Part shown: positions 31,948-41,783 of the stretch, piece by piece
Numbering within the stretch: position 1 is the stretch's first letter
Layout: the number at the start of each line of letters is the position of its first letter
Source: Thermoplasmatota archaeon
GTDB taxonomy: Archaea > Thermoplasmatota > SW-10-69-26 > JACQPN01 > JAJPHT01
Direction: 5' to 3'
Length of the DNA: 44,666 nt
Assembly: GCA_035553595.1 (NCBI GenBank)
Contig: DATMKA010000051.1
Location: 1 to 44,666 of the forward strand
Position numbers and translations under genes: made by a program
The notes under the pieces: model-generated
What the model saw: the letters and a program-made list of their open reading frames with translations, nothing else
Told to the model about the DNA's origin: nothing
The model's database searches: none

Positions 31948-33618
31948 CTACCCAGCCTGGGCCGCGGTTCCATTCCCTGCTTTTTCAGGGTGGAACTCCC
32001 ACACTTCCACCACGCCCCATTCCACCTGGACGCGCTTGACGCTCTCGCCGTGGTACTTGCGGATGAGCATGTCGAAGTAGCCATCCTGGAACTCGAGGGG
32101 GAGGTAGTTGTCGGTCACGAGGTACTTGAGGTGGCCGATCTCGATGAGGCGCTCAAGCGTCTGGTGGTCCACGTACCAGTGGTAGGTGGGGCGCTCGTTG
32201 TACCAGTAGAGCGTGTAGCGCCCGAGGAGGTTCCCGATCTGGCCCGTGCCCGGGGGCGCGTTCTCGTCGATGTAGGCCGCCGCTTCGTCGTACCCGGCGC
32301 CGAACACCTTTCCCTGCATGCGGGTGCTGCTGTACTCGGCGTGGGCGTAGGCGGGGACGGCCGCAAGGGCGAAGACGGCGAGGAGGGCCACGGCAGCCGC
32401 GGGGCGGTGCCAGGCGCTGCGGGCCTTCACGAAGAGGCCGCTCGCGGCCTCCACCACGGCGCCCGGGACGTTGCCCGCGAGGACCGCGATGGCGGGCACG
32501 AGAGGCATGAGGTAGAACCACTCCTTGCGGCTCGCCGAGGCGAAGAAGAGCGCGAAGATCAGGGGCCACGCCACGAGGAGGACGGCGTCGCGGCGGCGGC
32601 GCACGAACCCTTCGATGGCGACGAGGAGGATGCCCCCCACACCGAGGAGGAGGTCGGGGATACCCACGAGCTTCACGAGGCCGTAGTGCTCGTTCGTGAG
32701 GTACCAGGTCCACTCGCGGTGGGTGGCCGTGAGCTCCTGCATGAACACGGCCGCGAGGTGCGGGGGGAGCGCTTCGGGGCGGACGCGCCCGAGCTGCCAG
32801 AGCAGCTTGTACCCGAGGTCGTCGAGGCCGCTGTTCGCCACAAGCAGCAGGAGGCAGGCGAGGACGACGCCGGCGAGGGAGCCGAAGGCGACGCCCACGT
32901 GCTTGCCGAAGGTCTTGAGGGCCTGCAGCTCGGCGCGGTCGCGGTAGGCGCGGTAGCCGAGGTAGGCGGCCTCCACGAGGACGAAGAGGCCGAGGACGGG
33001 GAGGATGAGGATGCCGGGGAGCTTGCTGAGGAGCGCGAGGCCCGCCGTCACGCCCGCAAGCGCGGCCCAGCGCGTGGTGCGGCGCTGGTACCACAGGAGC
33101 GCGCACAGGATGGCGAGGCAGAGCATGAGCGCGAAGCCCGCGTCCACGAAGGCGGTGCGGCTCACGCGCACGTGGTAGGGCATCACGGCAAGCAGCACGG
33201 CGGCGGCCACGCCCGTGGCGCGGTTGCGCCACACGGTGCCGATGCCGTACACCACGGGGATGGTGAGGGCGCCGAGGACGGCCACGGTGACCACGACGGC
33301 GTCGGGGGTTGCGCCGCCGATCCAGATGCCCATGGCCATGAGGTAGAGCACGACGGGGGGCTGGCTCACGAAGGGCTGCGCGTCCCAGTGGAGCAGGTTG
33401 GGGTACTCCAGGTTGAGCGGGTTGGCAGCGAGGGAGCGGGCGACGGCGGCGTATTCGGCGTCGTCACCGTAGAAGAAGGTGGGGGTGAGCCCGTTGAGGC
33501 GCAGGAAGAGCGCGAGGAGGAAGAGGGGGACGAGGAGGGTGTGCCGCCGGAGGAAGGCCCAGCCTTGGCTGGCCCAGGTTCGGGAGCGTTCCATCAGGGG
33601 TGCGGCAGTCTCGCCCAT
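31948..33618 (-). CDS. GT39/GT83-type (ArnT/PMT-like) polyprenyl-phosphate-sugar dependent glycosyltransferase
   Basis: About 12 TM segments. The N-terminal loop FFYGDDAEYAAVARSL carries the DD/E motif, and LLSKLPGILILP is typical. Confidence 0.75.
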   Translation of the reverse strand: MGETAAPLMERSRTWASQGWAFLRRHTLLVPLFLLALFLRLNGLTPTFFYGDDAEYAAVARSLAANPLNLEYPNLLHWDAQPFVSQPPVVLYLMAMGIWIGGATPDAVVVTVAVLGALTIPVVYGIGTVWRNRATGVAAAVLLAVMPYHVRVSRTAFVDAGFALMLCLAILCALLWYQRRTTRWAALAGVTAGLALLSKLPGILILPVLGLFVLVEAAYLGYRAYRDRAELQALKTFGKHVGVAFGSLAGVVLACLLLLVANSGLDDLGYKLLWQLGRVRPEALPPHLAAVFMQELTATHREWTWYLTNEHYGLVKLVGIPDLLLGVGGILLVAIEGFVRRRRDAVLLVAWPLIFALFFASASRKEWFYLMPLVPAIAVLAGNVPGAVVEAASGLFVKARSAWHRPAAAVALLAVFALAAVPAYAHAEYSSTRMQGKVFGAGYDEAAAYIDENAPPGTGQIGNLLGRYTLYWYNERPTYHWYVDHQTLERLIEIGHLKYLVTDNYLPLEFQDGYFDMLIRKYHGESVKRVQVEWGVVEVWEFHPEKAGNGTAAQAG

Positions 33619-33755
33619 GGTCACCAGGCCCTCGGCGGGCGGGGCGCGCAAAAGGCGTTCTGGTTCAACGCCCGAAGCGTGGAGACGCGGGGGGATAAGG
33701 GTCTTCGAGCGTTGTACGAGAACGGTGAAGCCCCCGCCGAGGGGCCCGCAGGACC

Positions 33756-34682
33756 ATGGGATTCCAGGACCAGGCAGGCGGCCTGTTCAGTATCGGCCTC
33801 GTGGCGGTGGCCCTTGGCGGCGCCCTCCTGCCGGCCCTTCACCCCCTCTTCGACATCGGGGAGGGTGGCGTGGGCTCGGATGAAGCGGGCGCCCTCACCG
33901 GCCGCTTCATCGGCGAGACCCTCACGGACAAGACGCTCAGGAACTGCGAGATCCGCGACGCGAAGCTTGTGCGCGTGGAGACGCAGAACTGCCAGATCTA
34001 CAATTCCGAGATCGTGGACTCCCGCATCCGCAGCGGCTCCGTCGTGGGAAGCCGCGCAAGCCTCACCGCTTTCAAGTCCGGCACCCTCCAGGACGGCGTC
34101 TTCGACAACGTCACGGTGGACGGCAGCAAGATCACGGGCACGCAGATCCGCGGCCTCATCATGCAGGGCGGAAGCCTCACCGACGTCACGCTCGTGGGCG
34201 GCACCGTGGAGAACACGGCGGTCACGGGCGGGAGCCTCAAGTGGGTGACCCTCCGCTCCTCGAAGGCGGAGAGCGTGGCCGTGGCGAAGGACGCGCGCAT
34301 CCTCGAGAGCAGCGTCGAGAACTACACGCTCCAGGGTGGCCGCGCCGAGGCGAGCACCCTCATGAACGTCGGCCGCCACGGCACCGAGGTCGTGAACTGC
34401 AACGTCCTCGAGGCCGACCTCGTGGTCCGCCGCGTTGCCCGCGAAGGGGGCGGCGTCGTCGCCATCGTCGCGAACACGGGCAGGGCCGCCGCGCCCTACT
34501 TCGAAGTGGTGCTCTTCACCAACGGGAACGAGGTGGGGCGCACCCTCGTGAAGAACGTGCCCGCGGGCGGCGAGGCCCGCGTGAGCTTCCCCATGGGCGG
34601 GGGCGGCAGCCTCCGCGTGGTGGCGGACGCCGCCGACCGCATTCCCGAGGCGAACGAGGGCAACAACGAGGCGTCGGCCTGA
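33756..34682 (+). CDS. Membrane-anchored repeat (beta-helix-like) protein with a C-terminal CARDB domain
   Basis: One N-terminal TM, then about 8 degenerate 20-aa repeats (x-V/I-x-G/N-S/T-x-I/V...). C-terminus VANTGRAAAPYFEVVLFTNGNEV...ADRIPEANEGNNEA is CARDB-like. Confidence 0.65.
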   Translation: MGFQDQAGGLFSIGLVAVALGGALLPALHPLFDIGEGGVGSDEAGALTGRFIGETLTDKTLRNCEIRDAKLVRVETQNCQIYNSEIVDSRIRSGSVVGSRASLTAFKSGTLQDGVFDNVTVDGSKITGTQIRGLIMQGGSLTDVTLVGGTVENTAVTGGSLKWVTLRSSKAESVAVAKDARILESSVENYTLQGGRAEASTLMNVGRHGTEVVNCNVLEADLVVRRVAREGGGVVAIVANTGRAAAPYFEVVLFTNGNEVGRTLVKNVPAGGEARVSFPMGGGGSLRVVADAADRIPEANEGNNEASA

Positions 34683-34688
34683 GCGGCC

Positions 34689-36275
34689 TCAGTGCTCGTC
34701 GCCGCCGAGGTCCTGGGGGGCGGCCGCGGCTTTTCCGCGGGCGGCGAGGTTCACCTTCACGGTCTTGGCCGCCTCCGCGTCCACGCTCCGGATCCAGAGG
34801 GTGCGCTGGGGGAAGGGGATCTCGATGCCGGCCTTGTTGAGCTCGTCGTGGAACTCGGTCACGAGGTCGGAGGCCACGCGGCCGCGGTCGCGCCAGTGGG
34901 CGACGTAGCAGAAGGCGAGGAGGTTCACGCTGGAGTCCGCGAGGCGGAGCACGAGGCACTGGCGGGGGAAGGCCTCGTTCTTCACGACGTCCGGGTGCTC
35001 CTGCATGATGCCCACGAGGAGCTTGCGGGCCTTGTCGATGTCCGACCCGTAGGCGATGCCCACCTCGATGTTGATGCGGTAGTGGGGGTCGGGCATGGAC
35101 AGGTTGGTGATGCGGCCGCCGGAGAGCTTGTTGTTGGGCATCACCACGATCTCGTGGTTGCGGTAGTGGTAGAGGCGCGTGCTGCGGAGGCCGATGCGCT
35201 CCACGCGGCAGATCTCGTTCTGGTCCGTCTGGATGTCGTCCCCTTCCTTGAAGGGGCGGTCAATGAGGAGGAAGATGCCGCTGAAGAAGTTGCTGAGGGT
35301 GTCCTGGGCCGCGAAGGCGATGACGAGGGAGGCCACGGCGGCGCCGCCCACGAACACCGTGAGGTCCACCTGGAAGCTGTCGAGGATGAGGACGAAGCCC
35401 ACGATGAAGATGAGGACCGCGCCCACCTTGCGGAGGGCGGGCACCAGGATGTCGTCCACGTCGGTGGCGGTGCGGGGCGCAATCTCCTTCGAGTAGTAGT
35501 ACAGGGCGGAGTCGAGCACCTTGTAGAAGACGTAGCATCCGATGGCGGTGATGGCGGCGGCGAGGATGCGGCGCGTGATGTCCACAAGGTCCCCCTGGGG
35601 GAGCACGGTGAGGGAGCGCTCGAACCCGATGAGGAACACGAGGAGGAAGATGGGTTTGCGGAGCTTGGTGAGGATGACCTGGGTGGTGTCGGCCTTGGCG
35701 TTGCGGGTGAGGCGGTAGACCACGCGGTCGCCGAAGAAGATGGCGATGAGGCCGGAGACGACCCAGAAGGCCACTTCGAGGAGGAAGACGCCCCACTCGT
35801 TGTCGAGGGGCGCGGGGAGCGGGTTCTTCACGAGGCCGAGGACGAGGGGGCTGTGGCTGAACACCTTCGCCGTCTTCGTGATGGTGACGGGGGCGGCGGC
35901 AGCATCATCGGACTGGATGGTGAACTGGAAGCGGTACGCGTGCTCCCCGGCCAGGCGCGTGGGAAGGGGCACCGTCACGAACACCTTCTGGGTGCCCTTC
36001 GGACCCAGGAAGAACGTCGCGTTGGGGGCCACCGTGGCCTCCACGCTCGGGTCCTGCGGCGCCACCGTCACGAGGTAGGTGTGGGAGGCGTTGAAGTTGA
36101 GCACCGACCACCCGAAGGTGACGGTTTCCGCGTCCTTGACGTCCTGGTAGCTCGGCGCCTCCGGGAGGTCCGTGATGGACACCGCGCCTTGGGCGAGAGC
36201 GCCCGGGGAGGCGAGCAGGAGCACGGCAAGAAGACCGAAGGCGAGAGAGAAGTCCCGCGCGCAACCGGTACGCAT
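34689..36275 (-). CDS. MscS-family mechanosensitive channel with a large N-terminal extracellular domain
   Basis: Signal peptide. The pore helix region GGAAVASLVIAFAAQDTLSNFFSGIFLLIDRPFKEGD is a canonical MscS signature. Confidence 0.85.
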   Translation of the reverse strand: MRTGCARDFSLAFGLLAVLLLASPGALAQGAVSITDLPEAPSYQDVKDAETVTFGWSVLNFNASHTYLVTVAPQDPSVEATVAPNATFFLGPKGTQKVFVTVPLPTRLAGEHAYRFQFTIQSDDAAAAPVTITKTAKVFSHSPLVLGLVKNPLPAPLDNEWGVFLLEVAFWVVSGLIAIFFGDRVVYRLTRNAKADTTQVILTKLRKPIFLLVFLIGFERSLTVLPQGDLVDITRRILAAAITAIGCYVFYKVLDSALYYYSKEIAPRTATDVDDILVPALRKVGAVLIFIVGFVLILDSFQVDLTVFVGGAAVASLVIAFAAQDTLSNFFSGIFLLIDRPFKEGDDIQTDQNEICRVERIGLRSTRLYHYRNHEIVVMPNNKLSGGRITNLSMPDPHYRINIEVGIAYGSDIDKARKLLVGIMQEHPDVVKNEAFPRQCLVLRLADSSVNLLAFCYVAHWRDRGRVASDLVTEFHDELNKAGIEIPFPQRTLWIRSVDAEAAKTVKVNLAARGKAAAAPQDLGGDEH

Positions 36276-36641
36276 GGCCGGCCATGCGGGGGCCCCGCCT
36301 TAAGCGTTTCCCGGGCACCGTTGCGTCGTTAGGTTTATCTCGGTGGACCCCGGAGTACGGGGCTGCCCGGGCGCCGTGGTCCCCATGATTCATGAGTGGG
36401 GCGATGCAGCGCGAGGGCGACAACAGGAAAAAGTGCGCCCCGTTTAATGGGCTTCTGGAGGAGGGGGCCGTGCGGCCTATCCGCTGATTCTGGATCAACG
36501 GCGCGTACGACACACGTTTTACCGCGTGATGGCCCCCTCGGGGCCTCGCCCGGCATGGGTCAGGAAGGGGAGCCCCGCCAACGGCGCGGCGTTGAACCCG
36601 CCTGTTAATGTCGGGCGACAGCGGAACCCTTTTCTCGCGTC

Positions 36642-37040
36642 CTACCTGCTGCGGCGGAGCGTGCCGCGGCCCACCAGGAAGGCAATGGTGCCAGCGAGCG
36701 CGAGGAGGAATACGAGGTAGGGCCAGGGGCTTCCCTGCGTGTCGCCGCCGATGGCGGCCTGCGGGTTGCCGCCCGTGGCATTCGAGGTTGTGTTGTTTCC
36801 GGCCGTCTGGTTGGGGTCGGAGACGTTGGCGGTGTTCTCGGAATCGTTGAGGCTCGCTTCGCCGGCCTCCTGCTCTTCCGCCTCCTGCCCGGTGCCTTCG
36901 GCATCCGTGCCGGTGACGCCGTCGTTCTCGTCCTCGGTGTCGGTGTCCCGGGTGCGGCTTCGCTGCGCGTCCACGAGGGGCGCAAGGAGGAGCGAGGCAA
37001 CAATGAGGGATAGGATCAGAAAGCGTTGGGGCGGCTCCAT
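36642..37040 (-). CDS. Secreted acidic low-complexity protein with a C-terminal TM segment and basic tail
   Basis: Signal peptide, a D/E/T/N-rich middle with N-x-S/T sequons, and C-terminus PWPYLVFLLALAGTIAFLVGRGTLRRSR. Confidence 0.55.
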   Translation of the reverse strand: MEPPQRFLILSLIVASLLLAPLVDAQRSRTRDTDTEDENDGVTGTDAEGTGQEAEEQEAGEASLNDSENTANVSDPNQTAGNNTTSNATGGNPQAAIGGDTQGSPWPYLVFLLALAGTIAFLVGRGTLRRSR

Positions 37041-37126
37041 GGGAAGAATCGGAAACCGGTTCTCTGAGCCGCCCCCTTTTGGCGTTGTGGAGCAACAGGG
37101 GAAGCGTCCTGTTGCTCCAGGGAGGC

Positions 37127-38101
37127 TTACTTGCGGCGGGCCACGAGCACTGCGGCGGCGCCCACGGCGGCCACGGCGAGGAGGGTGCCGGCGGCGGGCA
37201 CGGTGCTGAGGTTCTCGGGCACCGTGGTCTCCGTCACAGGCTCACCCGTGGGGCTTGCGCCGATGGTGGGGTCGTGGAGGAGGCTCGTGAAGCCGCCCAC
37301 GCCGTACACGAGCGCGTAGCGGCCGGGCTCGTCGAGGGCGTGGCCCGTGACGGGGACGGTGATGTTGGCGCCGTCCTTCACGGCTTCAGCGGTCTCAAGC
37401 CAGGTGAAGTAGCCGCGGGTCGTGTTGGCGGTGCCGAGGGCGGCGCGGGGGCCGGTCTCGGCGAGGGTGGCGTTGCCCTTCTCGCCCGCGTCGAAGGTGA
37501 GGGCGAGGAGGTTCTTCGCGCCGTCGGCCCACGTCCATTTGTTGACGTAGAGGTCGAACTTCGTCTCGGTGGGGAGGAGCGTGAGGGTGGTGTTGCCCGC
37601 GGGGAGGGTCACGGTGGTGCTTCCGAGGCGGAACACCAGGGTGACGTTGCCGACGCGGTCCTTGTTCACGAGGTCGTCAAGGGGCGTCTCGGGGACCGCG
37701 CCCTTGTACTTCAGGGGGGCCTCGAGGGTCATGGTGAGGACGACGACGCCGTCCTCTTCCGTGGTCGTGATCTGCCAGGCCTTTGCCTGGTGGAGGTTCA
37801 GGGTGGCGCGCACTTCGTTCGCGGAGGGAGCGCCGTTCTTGTCGAGGTCTTCGAACTCCACAAGCTCGCCGAGCTTCACGTCGAAGGCCGCCTCAGTCTT
37901 GTTCGCGGGGAGGATCTTGATCATGGGCTTCTTGCCCTGGAACCAGACGGTGATCTGGTCGTTTTCGAGGACGATCTTGTCCTTCTCTTCCCGGGCCTTC
38001 GGTGCGGTTGTGGCACCGGCAAGGGCGGGGGCGGCGAGGGCGCTTGCGAGGAAGGCGAGCGCGACCAGCGCGGCAACAGTCCGGGGGACTTTAGCAACCA
38101 T
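37127..38101 (-). CDS. Sequon-rich secreted surface protein with a C-terminal TM anchor and basic tail (candidate surface glycoprotein)
   Basis: Signal peptide, at least 6 N-x-T sequons, and C-terminus VPAAGTLLAVAAVGAAAVLVARRK. Confidence 0.7.
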   Translation of the reverse strand: MVAKVPRTVAALVALAFLASALAAPALAGATTAPKAREEKDKIVLENDQITVWFQGKKPMIKILPANKTEAAFDVKLGELVEFEDLDKNGAPSANEVRATLNLHQAKAWQITTTEEDGVVVLTMTLEAPLKYKGAVPETPLDDLVNKDRVGNVTLVFRLGSTTVTLPAGNTTLTLLPTETKFDLYVNKWTWADGAKNLLALTFDAGEKGNATLAETGPRAALGTANTTRGYFTWLETAEAVKDGANITVPVTGHALDEPGRYALVYGVGGFTSLLHDPTIGASPTGEPVTETTVPENLSTVPAAGTLLAVAAVGAAAVLVARRK

Positions 38102-38386
38102 AGGGGGTTTCACCCGGCCGAGAAGCCCCCTTGGTGGGCATATGAGGGTTGTCCGACACTCATCGAAGGAACGGCCAGGCCGGGGCCCTTGAGAGCGGCA
38201 CCCCCAGCCGGCTCGCGCCCCGACTCATCGCAGAGGCCACAAAGACCGCAGGTCGACGCGAACAGCGGACGCCTTCGACCCCTGTCTCCGTGGTCTCTGC
38301 GCTGGATGCGAGAGGGCATGCGGAGGGGACAAGCCAGTCCGGGCTGCTGAAGGGGAGGATGCCCTTCCCTCCGGCCCGAGGGGCGC

Positions 38387-38399
38387 ATATTTAAAAGGT
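38387..38399 (+). promoter_or_regulatory. TATA box (CATATTTAAAAGG) for the Roadblock/LC7 gene
   Basis: 28 nt upstream of the ATG at 38427. Too close to the track start at 38409. Confidence 0.45.
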
Positions 38400-38426
38400 G
38401 CTGCGTGGTTGTGGGGCGTAGTGGCC

Positions 38427-38849
38427 ATGGCCGAGTTGGATAACGAGCCCGAGGCCGACCTCTCCCCGGGGGAGCAGGTGAGCCGGGACCTCCACGACGT
38501 CCTCCAAACGCTCCAGGCAAACCTCTCCGGCATCCTGGGGAGCGTCCTTGTCGACGAGGAGGGCTACCCCCTGGCCTGGGATCTCAAGGGCGGCGCCGAC
38601 CCCACGCTCATCGCCACCGCGGGAGCCCTCATCACGCGCGGCGCGGACCGCTCCGCCGCCGTGCTCGACTTCGGGACGCTCCGGAACGCGGTGCTCACCA
38701 CAGACAAGGGCAGCATCGGCGTCTTCCGCGTGACGCCCCGCATCAGCCTCATCGTGCTCCTCCAACCTTCCACGAACAACATTCTTGTCATCGTGGAGGT
38801 CAACAAGGCCCTCGAGCGCCTGCGGCAGGTGATTGTCCCTGGCTTCTGA
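38427..38849 (+). CDS. Roadblock/LC7 (MglB-like) domain protein
   Basis: GSVLVDEEGYPLA...ATAGALITRG...VLTTDKGSIGVFRV...LIVLL fits the Robl_LC7 fold pattern. Confidence 0.75.
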   Translation: MAELDNEPEADLSPGEQVSRDLHDVLQTLQANLSGILGSVLVDEEGYPLAWDLKGGADPTLIATAGALITRGADRSAAVLDFGTLRNAVLTTDKGSIGVFRVTPRISLIVLLQPSTNNILVIVEVNKALERLRQVIVPGF

Positions 38850-39384
38850 GGCCCGGGGCCGCCGCGCCCTCCTCTTGCTCCTCGCGGTGGCCTTGGCCTT
38901 CGCTGCGCCTGGGGTGAGCGCCGGGAACCACACCGTGGAGGAGGAGCGCCTCGACGATCCGCAGGCGCCCACCAACATGACCCTCGCCTACGTGCAGCTG
39001 GCCGTGGCGGGCGTGCTCCTGCTCGTGGTGCTCCGGATCGCCTACATTCTCGCCTCGAACCCCATCGGAGAGTTCCTGCAGGAGCTCTTCTACCTCCACC
39101 TGGACCGCATGCGGTGGCCCGCGGTGTTCATGATGCTCGTCTTCCTCGTGGAGACGGCCCAGCTCCTGCTCCCCTTCCTCGCGGCCCGCGGCATCCTCCA
39201 GGACCCCTACACGGTGGACCTCGTGCTCGACATCTTCCAGGGCGGCCTCCTCATCGCGACGGCTCTCGGCCTCCTGCTGCTCCTGCGCCACTACACGACG
39301 CGCGGGCTTGAGCGCCGCATCAGCGGCACCATGGGCGCCATCGCCTCCCTCCAGGGAAGCCGACGGCGCCGCCGCCTCGAGTAA
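38833..39384 (+). CDS. Hypothetical membrane protein (signal/anchor plus 3-4 TM); start uncertain
   Basis: The TTG start at 38833 overlaps the Roadblock gene by 17 nt. Hydrophobic segments and a basic C-terminus. Confidence 0.5.
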   Translation: MSLASEARGRRALLLLLAVALAFAAPGVSAGNHTVEEERLDDPQAPTNMTLAYVQLAVAGVLLLVVLRIAYILASNPIGEFLQELFYLHLDRMRWPAVFMMLVFLVETAQLLLPFLAARGILQDPYTVDLVLDIFQGGLLIATALGLLLLLRHYTTRGLERRISGTMGAIASLQGSRRRRRLE

Positions 39385-39389
39385 GGCCC

Positions 39390-41783
39390 TCAGGGCGTCC
39401 GGGGCGGGGCATCTTCGAGGACGCCCAGCTCGAGGAGTTGCCGCAGCCGCCGCACCTCGTCCTCCGTCCCCGCCACTGCAAGGAGGTCGCCCGCCTGGAG
39501 GGTCAGGGTAGGCTCCGCGGCGAGGATGTCTCTCCCGCGGCGCAGGACGAGGGCTTGCGCGCCCGTGCGCTCGCGCAGGCGGAGCGCGCCGAGGGCCTCC
39601 CCCACGAAGGGGCTTCCGGGCGGGATGGGAACCTCGGTGGCGCCCCCTTCGACGCCGAGCTCGCGCCCGAGGAGGATCTCCTCCGCGCGCAGGAGGGCGA
39701 CGTTCTCACCGAGGAGGAGCACGCGGTCGCCGGCGAGGAAGCGGAAGTCGGCGCCAGGGTTGGTGGTGGGGGCCTGCTCGCCGGTGGCGCGCGTGACGCG
39801 GATGACGGAGGCTCCCGTGAGGGCACGCAGGCGCAAGTCGCCGAGGGTACGTCCAGCGCCCCCGCTCACGATGGGGATCGCGACTTCGCGGCTCTGGGCG
39901 CCCCAGGCGCGGGCGTCGGTGATGAGGCTGAGGGCTTCGGCCTTCGCCTCGGGCGTGGCTTCGCCGCCGCGGGAGGCGATGATGCGGTCCACGGTGAGTT
40001 GGACCTCGCGGTGGTACCGGCTGAGCGATTGGCCGAAGAGGAAGGTGTTCACGGCGACGCCCGCGATGACGAGGACGAGGGCGTAGGTGACGCCTACGAA
40101 GGGCGTGATGACGAGGAGGATGAAGGCGCCCGTCACGAGGGCGGTGAGCAGCCCGAAGGTGCGGCGGAGCAGGAGCTCGGTGCGGGTGCTTTCGGCCACG
40201 CGCAGGCGCGGGGGCACGGCGATGCGGGCGAGGGCGTGGACCACTTTCTTCGCGCCGTTGTACCACACGATCATGAAGGGGGTCGCGGCGAACACGATGA
40301 TGGCGTACTCGATCCCTGCAAGCCCCAGGGCGGCAATCTCGGACTCGGCGCCGAAGGACTTGGTGTGCTCGTTGATGGCGACGCCTGCGGCGACGATGCC
40401 GACGATGGCCGCCGCAGCAAGGGAGAGGGTGATGAGGCCGGTGCGGACGGCGCGCCACTCGGGGGCCGCGCGGTCGGTTTCGCTCACGCGCTGGAGCCAG
40501 GCCCGGTAGCCGGAGGCGTAGGCGCGCACACCGCTTGGCGCGAGGCGGTGGAGGCCCCGCGTGAGGCCATCGGTGCCCCGCATGAGGTAGGGCGTCACGA
40601 AGGAGGTGATGACGCACACGGCGATGGCCACGGGGTAGAGGGCGGGGGGCGTGACGCTAAGGGAGGCGCCGAGGGCGGCGATGATGAAGCTGAACTCGCC
40701 AATCTGCGCGAGGGCCACGCCCACGGTGAGGGCTTCCCCGGTGGTTCTGCCCATGAGGAGGAGGGGGAGGGAGAGGGCAAAGATTTTCCCGACAACGACC
40801 GCGAGGGTGACGGCGAGGATGAGGCCCCAGTTCTCGAGGAGGCTCGCGGGGTCGATGAGGGCGCCCACGGTGACGAAGAAGATGGCGGTGAAGAGGTCGC
40901 GGATGGGGGCGATCTTGTGCTCGATCTTGGTGACGCGGGGGCTTTCCGCCATGAGGGCGCCCGCGATGAAGGCGCCAAGGCCCGCGCTGAAGCCGAGCTG
41001 GGCGGCGAGGAGGGCGAGGCCGATGCCGACGCCCACGGACACGATGACGACGACTTCCTCGATGTGGAGCTTCGCGAGGAAGTCCACGAGGCGGGGGGCC
41101 ACCATGAGGCCCACAAGGAAGGCGGTCCCGAGGAAGATGGCGAGCTTGTAGCCAAGACCGAGGAGGAGCGCGGGCTGGAAGTTGCCGGAGGCGGCAGCGG
41201 AGCTGAGGCCGGTGAGGATGAGGACGGCCAGGATGTCCTCGATGATGAGGATCCCGAGGGCGAGCTGGGCCCACTCCTTGTCCTGCTGGCCGCGCTCGGC
41301 GAGCACCTTCACGACGATGACCGTGGAGCTGATGCTCATGACGGCGCCGAGGAAGATGGCCTCGAGGGGGCCCCAGCCGAAGGAGCGGCCGAGGATGTAG
41401 CCGAGCCAGATCATGATGCCGATCTGGATGGTTCCCGTGATGATGGCGGTGGCGCCCACTTTCTTGAGTTTCGAGAGGTTGAACTCGAGGCCGAGGGCAA
41501 AGAGCAGGAAGACGATGCCAAGCTCCCCGAGGAAGCCCATGACCTCGCTGTTGCCGACGAAGGAGGGGCCGGGGCTATGGGGTCCGACGAGGAAGCCGGC
41601 GAGGAGGTAGCCGAGGACCACGGGCTGCTTCAGGAGGTAGAAGAGGAGAAGGCTCGCGCTCGCCGCGAGAAGGACGACCGCTAGCTCCGTGAAGAGGGGC
41701 GAGGTCGCGCCGGCCAGAAGGACACCGGGCCCCGGATCAGGACGGCGGTTTATATTTCTAGCAGGTGCCGCGGGAGGGGTCAA
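39390..41783 (-). CDS. CPA2-family cation/proton antiporter (Kef-type) with two C-terminal RCK_C (TrkA-C) domains
   Basis: LKQPVVLGYLLAGFLVGP and GLEFNLSKLKKVG are typical of Na_H_Exchanger. Two TrkA-C-like repeats at the C-terminus. The TTG start overlaps the upstream stop as TTGA. Confidence 0.85.
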   Translation of the reverse strand: MTPPAAPARNINRRPDPGPGVLLAGATSPLFTELAVVLLAASASLLLFYLLKQPVVLGYLLAGFLVGPHSPGPSFVGNSEVMGFLGELGIVFLLFALGLEFNLSKLKKVGATAIITGTIQIGIMIWLGYILGRSFGWGPLEAIFLGAVMSISSTVIVVKVLAERGQQDKEWAQLALGILIIEDILAVLILTGLSSAAASGNFQPALLLGLGYKLAIFLGTAFLVGLMVAPRLVDFLAKLHIEEVVVIVSVGVGIGLALLAAQLGFSAGLGAFIAGALMAESPRVTKIEHKIAPIRDLFTAIFFVTVGALIDPASLLENWGLILAVTLAVVVGKIFALSLPLLLMGRTTGEALTVGVALAQIGEFSFIIAALGASLSVTPPALYPVAIAVCVITSFVTPYLMRGTDGLTRGLHRLAPSGVRAYASGYRAWLQRVSETDRAAPEWRAVRTGLITLSLAAAAIVGIVAAGVAINEHTKSFGAESEIAALGLAGIEYAIIVFAATPFMIVWYNGAKKVVHALARIAVPPRLRVAESTRTELLLRRTFGLLTALVTGAFILLVITPFVGVTYALVLVIAGVAVNTFLFGQSLSRYHREVQLTVDRIIASRGGEATPEAKAEALSLITDARAWGAQSREVAIPIVSGGAGRTLGDLRLRALTGASVIRVTRATGEQAPTTNPGADFRFLAGDRVLLLGENVALLRAEEILLGRELGVEGGATEVPIPPGSPFVGEALGALRLRERTGAQALVLRRGRDILAAEPTLTLQAGDLLAVAGTEDEVRRLRQLLELGVLEDAPPRTP

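Noticed and set aside
36276-36641. 365-nt spacer upstream of the MscS gene, checked for a riboswitch (fluoride/crcB-like GGCGATG...) or an SRP-like GGTCAGGAAGGGGAGC motif.
   Set aside because: Only partial, non-contiguous resemblance to either consensus. The helices required by those motifs could not be completed.
41748-41760. TATA-like AGAAATATAAAC inside the predicted N-terminus of the Kef-type antiporter, suggesting a downstream start.
   Set aside because: No in-frame ATG/GTG/TTG exists between it and the first TM helix. The TTG at 41783 overlaps the upstream stop (TTGA), the same coupling seen at 17183-17186. It could still be an internal promoter.
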